From an uncultured virus (IMG/VR IMGVR_UViG_3300046171_000179) (lineage: Duplodnaviria > Heunggongvirae > Uroviricota > Caudoviricetes > Crassvirales): a stretch of 64,000 nucleotides of DNA. The translations under genes and the position numbers were made by a program. The notes under the pieces were generated by a model. That model was not told the origin of the DNA, did not search any database, and was given only the letters and a program-made list of their open reading frames with translations. The stretch is taken from the IMG/VR virus record IMGVR_UViG_3300046171_000179; one strand, given 5' to 3'. The first letter of the stretch is position 1. Each line of letters starts with the position of its first letter. Shown here piece after piece: positions 20,379 to 30,100 of this stretch.

Positions 20379-23300
20379 ATGTTTGGACAAAGTCTGTTAT
20401 CAGCTTTTGGAATTGCGTGTACAACGGACACAGATCAGTTATTTGCAACTAATCAATCAGTTACATCTATAGCTACATATCAGTTAAACGCATCACCAGT
20501 TACTTCTATACCAGGTAATAACTATCCTGGTACAGCAAGCAATATAACATTCGCAGCTGGTAAATTTGGTAATGCTGCTGTTTTTAATGGTAGTAATAGC
20601 AAAATTATAGCAAATGGCAAGCCATTAAATAATAACACCTCTATAACTATATCTTTTTGGGCAAGAAACATTAGTTCTTCTGATTGGAAAACGCTATTAG
20701 GAGAAGGTGGAGATAGTGGAAATACACCTGGATATAAAATTTATACTAGTCCTCCGTCAGTTGCAAATAGTAATTATCTTTGGATGGCAAGAGCTGATAA
20801 TTCTGGTTATGTATTTGATACTTATGATGGTTCAGCAGCTAACAAAGGTGGTGTTGATATGGGTGTTGCAGGAAGTACATGGGTGCATTGTGTTTTTACA
20901 GTTTCTCCAACTCAACTTATTGTTTATAAAAATGGAGTTAATGTAAAATCTTTAAGTATATCTAATACATCATCTGTAGCTGGTTATTATGATTTTCAAT
21001 TCATGTATGATACTAAATATAATAGATACTTACAAGGAGAATTAGACCAAGTAAGATTATTTGATACTACTTTATCTCAAGCCGCTGTAACAGCTTTATA
21101 TAACGAAACAACTACAACAGCTACAAGCGCTAGTGTAGATTATCAACTTGCTAACCCTAATAGTGTTGCATATTATAAAATGTCAGATGCTACAGATCAG
21201 TTAGGTAATTACAATGGTACAGCTACTAATGTAAACTTTAATACCGAAGGTAAGTTTGGATTTGCTGGATCATTTAATGGTAGCAGTAGTTATATTCAAA
21301 TACCTAATAATTCTTTTAACTATTCAACAATGGCATTTAGCGCATGGGTAAATCCAAGTGCTAATGACACTTATAATTATATATTTCAAAACGGAATGTA
21401 TGACAATAGAATAGGTGGTTCAATAGGATGGTATGTACGAAGAGAAGCAGGAGGTTCACTTTTAGCTAGAGGTTTTTCAGCTAATTCTCTTTCTACTGCT
21501 GAGTTTGATGTAACATCATCAGGAGGGAATATTATTCCACTTAATACCTGGACTCATGTTGTGTGTGTTTTAACACCAACAAGTTTTAATATATATATAA
21601 ATGGAAGTTCAACAGCAGTTGCATCAGCTACTTTTTCAAACGCTATAACATATTCGGCAAGCCAACCTGCAGCTGTATATATTGGAGCTACTTATTATTA
21701 TTATAATGCTAGTATTTATGAATCTTGGTGGGAGGGTAAAATAGATCAAGTAAGAATATATGATGCAGCACTATCAGCATCAGATATATCTACACTTTAC
21801 AAAGAAGTTGAATGTGAGCCAGCAGCTATAAATGCTTTAGATCACTTTAATACTGTTTTATATACAGGTAATAATACTACAAATGTAATAAATACAGTAG
21901 GTTTTGAGCCTGGGTTATTATGGGTAAAAACTAGAGATGATAACAAAAATCATGTTTTAGTAGATACTGTAAGAGGGATTAGCAGCGTATTAGAGGCTGA
22001 TACACCAGCTGCTGCTGTTACAGGGTATACAGATGTTACAAGTTTTGATCCAAACGGGTTTACTTTAGCAGCAACTAGTGCTGTTTATATGAATCCGGCT
22101 GGTATAGATATGGTTTCATGGAACTGGAAAGCAGCTTTAGCTAATTTATCAACTAACTTTAACGGTAGTAGCAGTTATATTGAGTTAGCTTTTGCTTCTC
22201 TTAATGTAAACAATAATTTTACTTGGTCTTTTTGGATTAAATTTAATAGTTTTACACTTTACGATACGCCTATAGGTTTTTTTATGAATGGTTATACTAA
22301 TTTTATAGACTTAGTTGATGTAAATGGTCAATTGTCTTTTTATGATGGACAAAGTAGGTTAAATACTCCTGGTAGCACTTTTGCAACAGGATCATGGTAT
22401 CATGTAGCTGTTACTAAAAGTTCTACTAACGGTAGAAAGTTTTATGTAAACGGTTCGGAAGTAGCAAGCAATTCATCTAATTCAAATTCAGGATCTTCAT
22501 CTGGTGGTAGAAACCTATTAGGAGCTTATTCATCATCAGGTAATCCAACTACTGCACTTTTAAATGTAGATGGTGATATGGCACAGGTTAGAATATTTCA
22601 CAGCGCATTAACAGCAAGTCAAATTTCTGATCTATACGCAGAACCAGCTGCAAGTAATAATACATTAAATTATCCTGCGGGTGCAGGCTGTATCGCAGCT
22701 TATCCATTACAAACAAATGCAGTAGATTTAAGTGGTAATTACAGTGGTGCATCTAGTAATGTAACATTTGGTCAGCCAGGTTATTTAACTCAGAATACTT
22801 ATGGTACAATACCAAGTACGGTAGCAGCAAATCAAGAAGCTGGATTTAGTGTTGTGAAAACGGGCACAAGCAATTCAAATGAAACTGTAGGACACGGACT
22901 TGGTTTAGTTCCTAAACTCATAATTTCAAAACCTCTTGATGTTAGCGCTGATTGGACTGTTTGGACAGAAGGATTTACTAACCTTCAAGGTATATCACTA
23001 AATAACAATGCTGCAAAATATACAAATGGAAGTTTTGAGACAGTTACTTCGGTTTCAACTACTACAATAGGATTAGGGAGACAAATGTTAAGTAGTATTC
23101 ATTTTGGTGGGGCGAGTGGTGAAATAATCCATTATATTTTTGCAGACATCGCAGGTTATAGCAAAGTGGGCTCTTATACTTCAACTTATCCAAGTACAAC
23201 CTCTGTATACGTTGGCTTTCAACCAAGATTTGTTATGATTAAAAGTTATAATCAAGCAAGAAATTGGGTCATACACGATTCAACAAGAACAGCATCTAAA

Positions 23301-23444
23301 CAATTATACCCAAACTTGCCAAATAGTGAAGCAGATACAGGAACACAACTACAATTTACTTCAACAGGATTTAACGTAAGTGGTGGTTCAAATGATTTAG
23401 ATGGTGGTTCATCTTATAGTTATATATTTTTAGCAATAGCATAA
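20379..23444 (+). CDS. LamG/ConA-like lectin repeat virion protein
   Basis: Three FNGS.S...W.H...Y.NG...DQVR.F repeats plus DUF7483-like parts. Confidence 0.8.
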   Translation: MFGQSLLSAFGIACTTDTDQLFATNQSVTSIATYQLNASPVTSIPGNNYPGTASNITFAAGKFGNAAVFNGSNSKIIANGKPLNNNTSITISFWARNISSSDWKTLLGEGGDSGNTPGYKIYTSPPSVANSNYLWMARADNSGYVFDTYDGSAANKGGVDMGVAGSTWVHCVFTVSPTQLIVYKNGVNVKSLSISNTSSVAGYYDFQFMYDTKYNRYLQGELDQVRLFDTTLSQAAVTALYNETTTTATSASVDYQLANPNSVAYYKMSDATDQLGNYNGTATNVNFNTEGKFGFAGSFNGSSSYIQIPNNSFNYSTMAFSAWVNPSANDTYNYIFQNGMYDNRIGGSIGWYVRREAGGSLLARGFSANSLSTAEFDVTSSGGNIIPLNTWTHVVCVLTPTSFNIYINGSSTAVASATFSNAITYSASQPAAVYIGATYYYYNASIYESWWEGKIDQVRIYDAALSASDISTLYKEVECEPAAINALDHFNTVLYTGNNTTNVINTVGFEPGLLWVKTRDDNKNHVLVDTVRGISSVLEADTPAAAVTGYTDVTSFDPNGFTLAATSAVYMNPAGIDMVSWNWKAALANLSTNFNGSSSYIELAFASLNVNNNFTWSFWIKFNSFTLYDTPIGFFMNGYTNFIDLVDVNGQLSFYDGQSRLNTPGSTFATGSWYHVAVTKSSTNGRKFYVNGSEVASNSSNSNSGSSSGGRNLLGAYSSSGNPTTALLNVDGDMAQVRIFHSALTASQISDLYAEPAASNNTLNYPAGAGCIAAYPLQTNAVDLSGNYSGASSNVTFGQPGYLTQNTYGTIPSTVAANQEAGFSVVKTGTSNSNETVGHGLGLVPKLIISKPLDVSADWTVWTEGFTNLQGISLNNNAAKYTNGSFETVTSVSTTTIGLGRQMLSSIHFGGASGEIIHYIFADIAGYSKVGSYTSTYPSTTSVYVGFQPRFVMIKSYNQARNWVIHDSTRTASKQLYPNLPNSEADTGTQLQFTSTGFNVSGGSNDLDGGSSYSYIFLAIA

Positions 23445-23454
23445 ATTAAATAAA

Positions 23455-23880
23455 ATGAGTGAAAAAAAGAAACCCTTTAAAGATACAGGTGTCGGACGGT
23501 TTTTAATCGAAAAGGCACCAAGTATTCTAGGAATGGTCGGCGACGCAATATTGCCGGGAAATGTAATATCAGAACTAATTAGTGGTAACTCTCAGCTTTC
23601 AGAAAGCGATAAGCAAGTTGCACTAGAAAAGTTAAGAATAGAAAGAGCCGAAATTGATGGCACAACCAAAAGATGGGTAGCAGATGCTCGAAGCGGTAAC
23701 TGGCTTGCGTCCAACGTCCGACCATTGGTTCTTGTATTTTTAACAATATCATATGTTATAGGGTGGTACGCCGGCTATTCACTGGAATCAGTCACTTCAT
23801 TATTAACAATAGTCATCGGAGGCTATTTTGGATCTCGCGGCGTCGAGAAGGTATTTGGAAATAATAAACATAAACAATGA
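23455..23880 (+). CDS. Holin (3TM/GTA-type)
   Basis: RW.AD...WLASNVRPL...GGYFGSRGVEK. Confidence 0.8.
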   Translation: MSEKKKPFKDTGVGRFLIEKAPSILGMVGDAILPGNVISELISGNSQLSESDKQVALEKLRIERAEIDGTTKRWVADARSGNWLASNVRPLVLVFLTISYVIGWYAGYSLESVTSLLTIVIGGYFGSRGVEKVFGNNKHKQ

Positions 23881-24029
23881 TAGAACAAGATTTAAAAATC
23901 TTTGGAATTAACGTAGGAGCAATGATATTTTCAGTAATACCTGAAATAAACACAGTACTACAGACGGTAGTTTTATTGTTATCAATAGGATACACAATAT
24001 TAATGATAATAAAAAAAGCAAAAGAATAA
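23877..24029 (+). CDS. 50-aa membrane protein (holin/antiholin-like), not in ORF track
   Basis: ATGA overlap; MIEQDLKIFGINVGAMIFS...VLLLSIGYTILMIIKK; between holin and endolysin. Confidence 0.65.
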   Translation: MIEQDLKIFGINVGAMIFSVIPEINTVLQTVVLLLSIGYTILMIIKKAKE

Positions 24030-24033
24030 TACA

Positions 24034-24378
24034 ATGAAATATTTTAATGAATCTGAATTTAATAACTTTGACAAAATGGACCCTAAGCTTCTTGAGATGC
24101 TAGATAATCTTAGAGAAACATATGGATATCCAATTACATTAACGTCAACATATAGATCACCTCAGCATCCAATAGAGGCGCGTAAGTCTAGTCCAGGTGA
24201 GCACACTTATGGTGCCGCTGTAGATATAGCTTGTGTAGGAGGTGAGGCTACTTATAAATTAGTAAAAGCAGCTATTGAAGTAGGTTTTACTAGAATAGGT
24301 ATAAGTAGAAAAAACAATTTTGTTCATGTAGGTATAGGCTATGACGGTGCTCCACCTATGACAATATGGACATACTAA
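24034..24378 (+). CDS. Endolysin, peptidase M15A family
   Basis: STYR...EHTYGAAVDI...FVHV Zn-ligand pattern. Confidence 0.85.
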   Translation: MKYFNESEFNNFDKMDPKLLEMLDNLRETYGYPITLTSTYRSPQHPIEARKSSPGEHTYGAAVDIACVGGEATYKLVKAAIEVGFTRIGISRKNNFVHVGIGYDGAPPMTIWTY

Positions 24379-24388
24379 ATTAAATTAA

Positions 24389-24610
24389 ATGGCAAAATTA
24401 ATACGTAAGATCAGTATAGGTACTGACTACAAAAACGAAGCAATGCATTACTCTGTAGGCCAAGAAGTTTATGGAGGACATACTATTTCAGATATATTAG
24501 AAGAAGATGGTTCTTATAAAATATTTATAACTAAAAACAAAGAGGTATTACCTTGGAAACATTTTAATTCTAACATGGCTGTATCTGTTGAATATAACTT
24601 AGATTATTAA
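24389..24610 (+). CDS. Conserved hypothetical protein
   Basis: IRKISIG.DYK..AMHY.VGQ ORF preceding packaging module. Confidence 0.75.
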   Translation: MAKLIRKISIGTDYKNEAMHYSVGQEVYGGHTISDILEEDGSYKIFITKNKEVLPWKHFNSNMAVSVEYNLDY

Positions 24611-25212
24611 TGCAAGCACTTTTTGATTATATTATATCTACTGAAAATCGTTACAATAACGTAGTTAATGTTGATGACAAAAAATTAGTTGTTAATACAG
24701 AGATTACAGAGAGAGATTACATGTTCGTTAACAGAATAGGTAAAGTTATTAGTGTTCCAGCTGGTATAAAAACAGAAGTAAGTGTTGGAGATGAAATAAT
24801 AGTTCATCATAATGTTTTTAGAAGATGGTTAAACCAACAACAAGAAGAGCGTAACTCAGCTAGTTATCTTGATGAAGATAAATATACTGTTGCGGCGGAT
24901 CAAGTTTTTGCTTATAAAAAAGATAAAAAATGGATTGCACTTCCTGGATATTGCTTTGTTGCGCCTATAAAAATGAAAGACAAATGGGCTCTTGATACAG
25001 ATGAAAATTTAAAAGGGGAACTAGTATATACTAATAGCCAATTAAGTTCATTAGGAGCGTCTATAGGAGACGTGGTGGGGTTTACACCTAACTCTGAGTA
25101 TGAGTTTAATATTGATGGTCAAAAACTTTATAGAATTTTATCAAATCATATAACTATTAATTATGGACCGAAGAAAAAGAATAATACAAGCAGCGGAAAA
25201 AGCATTAGTTGA
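24610..25212 (+). CDS. Tandem GroES-like domain protein
   Basis: Two G.V...VGD.(I/V) GroES-fold-like repeats. Confidence 0.6.
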   Translation: MQALFDYIISTENRYNNVVNVDDKKLVVNTEITERDYMFVNRIGKVISVPAGIKTEVSVGDEIIVHHNVFRRWLNQQQEERNSASYLDEDKYTVAADQVFAYKKDKKWIALPGYCFVAPIKMKDKWALDTDENLKGELVYTNSQLSSLGASIGDVVGFTPNSEYEFNIDGQKLYRILSNHITINYGPKKKNNTSSGKSIS

Positions 25213-25405
25213 ACTTGAAAAAGTTATTAAACAAAATATTGATTTATCTGAACTAGATCCTGAAAAAGCTAAAACAGCAGCTCAAGCCAAATGGGTTGCA
25301 ATAGAAGATTCATTAAAGATTATAGAAAAAATTGAAGAGTTATCTGATAAAAAATCTAATACAGAATCTAAAACTTTTTTAGGTGTTGAAAATAGAATCA
25401 AATAA
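25163..25405 (+). CDS. Hypothetical protein, possible small terminase
   Basis: Helical 80-aa ORF coupled to terL. Confidence 0.5.
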   Translation: MDRRKRIIQAAEKALVELEKVIKQNIDLSELDPEKAKTAAQAKWVAIEDSLKIIEKIEELSDKKSNTESKTFLGVENRIK

Positions 25406-27636
25406 TGTACAAACAAACGCTTTATAAAATACACAATGCTCATTTATCTGATAAAAAAATTAAACATCTTAATAAACATAAGAAGTTTGAATATGGATAT
25501 AATGAAGAATTAGACTGTGTTGTAATAAGTAAAGATGGTACAATAGGTGATATATATGAAATACAAGGTCTTAAGGTAGCAATACCTAAAACTCCCAACA
25601 AAATAGATGGAGAAGACTTAAAACAAACAGATCAATATTTTAGAATAAAAAATAAACCAGAATCTTTAAATAAAATAAAAAGCATATATGATTTTCAATC
25701 TTACCCAGAGGATATTAAAGAAAAATACTACCAATATATTGATAGTGAGTTTAATTATCGTAATGATGGGTATTGGTTCATGTGCAACGGTGCCCCGAAC
25801 TACATTACAGGATCGCACTATGTCTATTTATCCTGGACAAAGATCGACGTGGGAGCACCAGATTTTAGGCAGGCAAACAGGATATTTTACTACTTCTGGG
25901 AGGCTTGCAAGGCAGATAAGAGATCTTATGGAATGTGCTACCTTAAGAACAGACGGTCTGGCTTTAGCTTCATGGCATCCTCAGAGACTGTTAACTTGGC
26001 AACAACTTCCAAGGACTCTAGATTTGGGGTCTTATCTAAAACTGGAGCAGATGCGAAGAAGATGTTTACAGACAAGATTGTACCCATATCAATCAACTAT
26101 CCATTTTTTTTCAAACCAATACAGGATGGGATGGAACGACCAAAGACGGAGTTATCCTATAAGATACCGTCAAGAAGACTTACCAGAAACGCCATCAAAG
26201 AGACCTATAGTCAGGAGGAATTTGGGAAGGGGCTCGATACAACAATCGATTGGAAGAACACGGGAGACAACTCGTATGATGGAGAGAAATTACAACTCCT
26301 CGTCCATGATGAATCCGGTAAATGGGAGAGGCCGGACAATATACTCAACAACTGGAGAGTCACGAAAACGTGCCTCAGGCTCGGTGCCAAAGTAGTAGGT
26401 AAATGTATGATGGGATCTACATCTAATGCTTTAAATAAAGGTGGAGATAACTTTAAAAAATTATTTTATAATTCAGATGTCACAAATAGAAACCGCAATG
26501 GCCAGACTACAAGTGGACTATATTCTTTGTTCATACCTATGGAGTGGGGATACGAAGGGTTTATTGACAAATACGGATATCCTGTCTTCGATACACCATC
26601 AGACCCGATTGAAGGAATTGATGGGGAAAAAATATTTACGGGAGTCATTGATCATTGGGAAAATGAAGTAGAAGGATTAAAAAAAGATAGTGATGCTTTA
26701 AATGAATATTACAGACAATTTCCAAGATCTGAAAAGCATGCTTTTAGAGATGAAACAGTTAATTCATTATTTAATTTAACTAAAATATATGAGCAAATAG
26801 ATTTTAACGAAGAAATGGCTATTAAAGGTTATGTTGTTCGTGGAACTTTTGCTTGGCAAAATGGTATAAAAGATACTAAAGTTATATGGGTTCCTAGTAA
26901 AAATGGTAGATTTAAAATATCATGGATACCGCCAGATAACATACAAAATAATATAATCATAAAAAATGGTATTAAATATCCTGGTAATGATGGCTTCGGA
27001 GCCTTCGGGTGTGATAGTTATGACATCAGCGGTACTGTTGGGGGTGGTGGGTCTAATGGTGCTCTTCATGGATTAACTACTTTTTCTATGGTGAATGATG
27101 TGCCTAATACTAAGTTTTTCTTAGAATACATAGCACGACCACAAACAGCAGAAATATTTTTTGAAGAAGTATTAATGGCATTAGTGTTTTACGGTATGCC
27201 AATACTTGCTGAAAATAATAAACCAAGATTATTATATCATTTAAAAAGAAGAGGTTATAGAGGTTTTTCTATGAACAGACCTGATAAACTTTTAGGTAAT
27301 TTATCTAAAACAGAAATAGAATTAGGAGGTATACCAAATACATCTGAAGATATAAAACAAGCACATGCGGCTGCTATTGAATCTTATATAGAAGATTATG
27401 TAGGACGTAAAGAAGAAAATCATGGTAATATGTATTTTCAAAAAACATTAGAAGACTGGGCGCGTTTTGATATATCAAGAAGAACATCTCATGATGCATC
27501 CATAAGTAGTGGACTTGCAATTATGGCGTGTAGAAAACATATGTATAGGCCTAATATGGAAAGAACAATAAAAAAAATAGATTTTCGTTTTGCAAAATAT
27601 AAAAACGACGGATCAATGAGTAAGATAATACAATAA
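25405..27636 (+). CDS. terL: Terminase large subunit
   Basis: KNRRSGFS Walker A, LLVHDESGK Walker B, FGCDSYD nuclease. Confidence 0.93.
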   Translation: MYKQTLYKIHNAHLSDKKIKHLNKHKKFEYGYNEELDCVVISKDGTIGDIYEIQGLKVAIPKTPNKIDGEDLKQTDQYFRIKNKPESLNKIKSIYDFQSYPEDIKEKYYQYIDSEFNYRNDGYWFMCNGAPNYITGSHYVYLSWTKIDVGAPDFRQANRIFYYFWEACKADKRSYGMCYLKNRRSGFSFMASSETVNLATTSKDSRFGVLSKTGADAKKMFTDKIVPISINYPFFFKPIQDGMERPKTELSYKIPSRRLTRNAIKETYSQEEFGKGLDTTIDWKNTGDNSYDGEKLQLLVHDESGKWERPDNILNNWRVTKTCLRLGAKVVGKCMMGSTSNALNKGGDNFKKLFYNSDVTNRNRNGQTTSGLYSLFIPMEWGYEGFIDKYGYPVFDTPSDPIEGIDGEKIFTGVIDHWENEVEGLKKDSDALNEYYRQFPRSEKHAFRDETVNSLFNLTKIYEQIDFNEEMAIKGYVVRGTFAWQNGIKDTKVIWVPSKNGRFKISWIPPDNIQNNIIIKNGIKYPGNDGFGAFGCDSYDISGTVGGGGSNGALHGLTTFSMVNDVPNTKFFLEYIARPQTAEIFFEEVLMALVFYGMPILAENNKPRLLYHLKRRGYRGFSMNRPDKLLGNLSKTEIELGGIPNTSEDIKQAHAAAIESYIEDYVGRKEENHGNMYFQKTLEDWARFDISRRTSHDASISSGLAIMACRKHMYRPNMERTIKKIDFRFAKYKNDGSMSKIIQ
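25688..26395 (+). CDS. Overprinted +1-frame ORF, lipoprotein-like (235 aa)
   Basis: Long stop-free frame; KK + hydrophobic + IGSC; host codons locally G/C-ending. Confidence 0.6.
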   Translation: MIFNLTQRILKKNTTNILIVSLIIVMMGIGSCATVPRTTLQDRTMSIYPGQRSTWEHQILGRQTGYFTTSGRLARQIRDLMECATLRTDGLALASWHPQRLLTWQQLPRTLDLGSYLKLEQMRRRCLQTRLYPYQSTIHFFSNQYRMGWNDQRRSYPIRYRQEDLPETPSKRPIVRRNLGRGSIQQSIGRTRETTRMMERNYNSSSMMNPVNGRGRTIYSTTGESRKRASGSVPK

Positions 27637-27638
27637 CT

Positions 27639-30070
27639 ATGGCAATAACAACAGGACAACTTCCTACACAATTTCCGAGTCAAGCTGTCTCAGATGAAGA
27701 AAAAATGTCTTCTGAATATGGTTTATCGGTTGGAAGGGCTATTGAACAAGAATGGTTCAATAAAGATAATAACCCCGGTATGTATTATCAAACCAATGAA
27801 GAGTTTCACAGGTTAAGATTATATGCTAGAGGTGAGCAGTCTGTTAAAAAATATAAAGATGAATTTGCTATAAACGGTGATTTGTCTTATTTAAATTTAG
27901 ACTGGAAACCTGTACCTATTATTCCTAAATTTGTAGATATCGTTGTAAATGGTATGCAAGATCGACTTTTTGATATAAAAGCTTTTGCGCAAGATCCTAT
28001 ATCAACAGGAAAAAGAACAGATTTTGTAAATAAAGTTCAAAGAGATATTAATGCTCAATCTTTATTAAAACAAATAGAAGCTGAAGTAGGTGTTGATGCT
28101 AGAAATATCAAACAAGATGATATGCCTACAAATACAGAAGAACTTGAATTATACATGCAATTAGCATATAAACAAGGTATAGAAATAGCTGAAGAACAAG
28201 CTATTAATAATGTTTTTCTAACAAATAAATATCCAGAATTAAAAAAACGCGTTGATTATGATTTAGCTGTATTAGGCATAGGAGCTGTAAAAAACACGTT
28301 TAACAATACAGATGGTATAAAACTAGACTATGTAGATCCCGCAAATTTAGTTTGGTCTTATACTGAAGATCCTAATTTTGAAGACTGTTATTATTTTGGA
28401 GAAATTAAAAGAATAAATCTTAACGAACTTAAAAAACAATTTCCAAATTTACCAAATGAAGAAATAGCAGAATTTGTTAAAAAAGGTTCTAATTGGGTTG
28501 ATTATAATAATAACTGGTTTAATAATAATTTTAATAGCGAAATAGATAATAATAATACACTTACTGTATTATATTTTAATTGGAAAACTTGGGAAAACAA
28601 CGTTTATAAAATTAAAGAAACATCTACTGGTGCTGATAAAGCTATATTAAAAAATGATAAATTTAACCCACCACAAGATAAAAGAACAAGATTTGAAAGA
28701 GTAGCACAAGCTAGAGAGGTTGTTTATGAAGGAGCTTATATATTAGGTAGTAATATACTACTTAAGTGGCAAAAAGCAAAAAACATGATAAGGCCTAGTT
28801 CAAATACTAATAAAGTATTAATGAACTATACTGTATCAGCTCCAAGAATGTATAAAGGTAATATAAATTCTTTAGTTTCTAAAATGACGCCTTATGCTGA
28901 TTTAATTCAGTTAACACATTTAAAACTACAACAAACAATACAAAGAATGGTTCCATCAGGTGTTTTTATAGATGCTGATGGTATTGCAGAAGTTGATTTA
29001 GGTAATGGAACTAATTATAATGCTCAAGAAGCATTAAACATGTATTTTTCTACAGGTTCTATTATTGGTAGATCTTTAACTGTAGAAGGTGATCCTAATC
29101 CAGGTAAAGTGCCAATACAAGAATTACCTGGAACTCAAGGTAATCAAATACAAATATTAGTAGCAGCATATAATCAGTATCTTCAAATGATAAGAGATAT
29201 TACTGGTTTAAATGAAGCTAGAGATGGTTCTGATCCTGATCCAAATTCACTAGTTGGAGTACAGAAATTAGCAGCAGCAAACAGTAATACAGCTACAAGA
29301 CATATATTATCATCAAGTATGTATATAACATTGGCCTTAGCTGAGGCTATATGTTTAAGATTTAAAGATGTATTAGAGTTTCATCCTACAAAAGAAGCTT
29401 TTATTGATTCACTTAGGTCAGATTTTCAGTAGGATCTTTAGAAGAAATGAAAAACTTACATTTGCATGATTTTGGTATATTTTTAGAATTAGAACCAGAT
29501 GAAGAAGAAAAATCTTTATTAGAAGCTAATATACAGGCTGCATTATCAAGAGATAGTATTAATTTAGAAGATGCTATTGACATACGTGAGATAAAAAATC
29601 TTAAACTTGCTAATCAAGTTCTTAAGATAAGACGTATTAAAAAACAACAGATAGATCAACAAATGGCCCAAGCGGCTAGCGTTGCTCAAGCTGAAGCACA
29701 AGGAGCTGCTCAAATACAAATAGAAGAAGCAAAAGCTCAAGCAGAACAAGTTAAAACAGAATCTAAAATTCAATATAGACAAGCTGATATTGAGTTTGAA
29801 ATTAAAAAATTAGAAGTAGAAGCCCAAACAAAAAGAGAGCTTATGCAGTTTGAATATGATTTAAATGTTAAATTAAAAGCTCTAGAATTAGAAGCTCAAA
29901 AAGAATTAGTAGAAAAACAAAATGAAACAGCTGTTGAAGTTGCTAATTTAAAAACATCTGCTAAAAGTTTATCAGGTCCACCTCAAACAGGTAAACCAGC
30001 TAAATCATTTGAATCTAAAGGAAATGATGTTTTAGGTGGTATTGATTTAAGTAGATTTTCACCTAAATAA
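27639..30070 (+). CDS. Portal protein, split by apparent frameshift near 29420
   Basis: Follows terL; LDWKPVPIIPKFVDIVVNG; removing two extra C restores SLGRFSVGSLEEMKNL. Confidence 0.85.
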
Positions 30071-30100
30071 AAATAAGTAACTATTATATTATATAAAATT

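Noticed and set aside
20379..23444. DGR template/variable repeats
   Set aside because: Similar stretches are LamG domain repeats without adenine-specific differences; no reverse transcriptase in window
29400..29450. Programmed frameshift or split portal
   Set aside because: Two single-base insertions restore a continuous essential gene; no slippery site; most likely sequencing error
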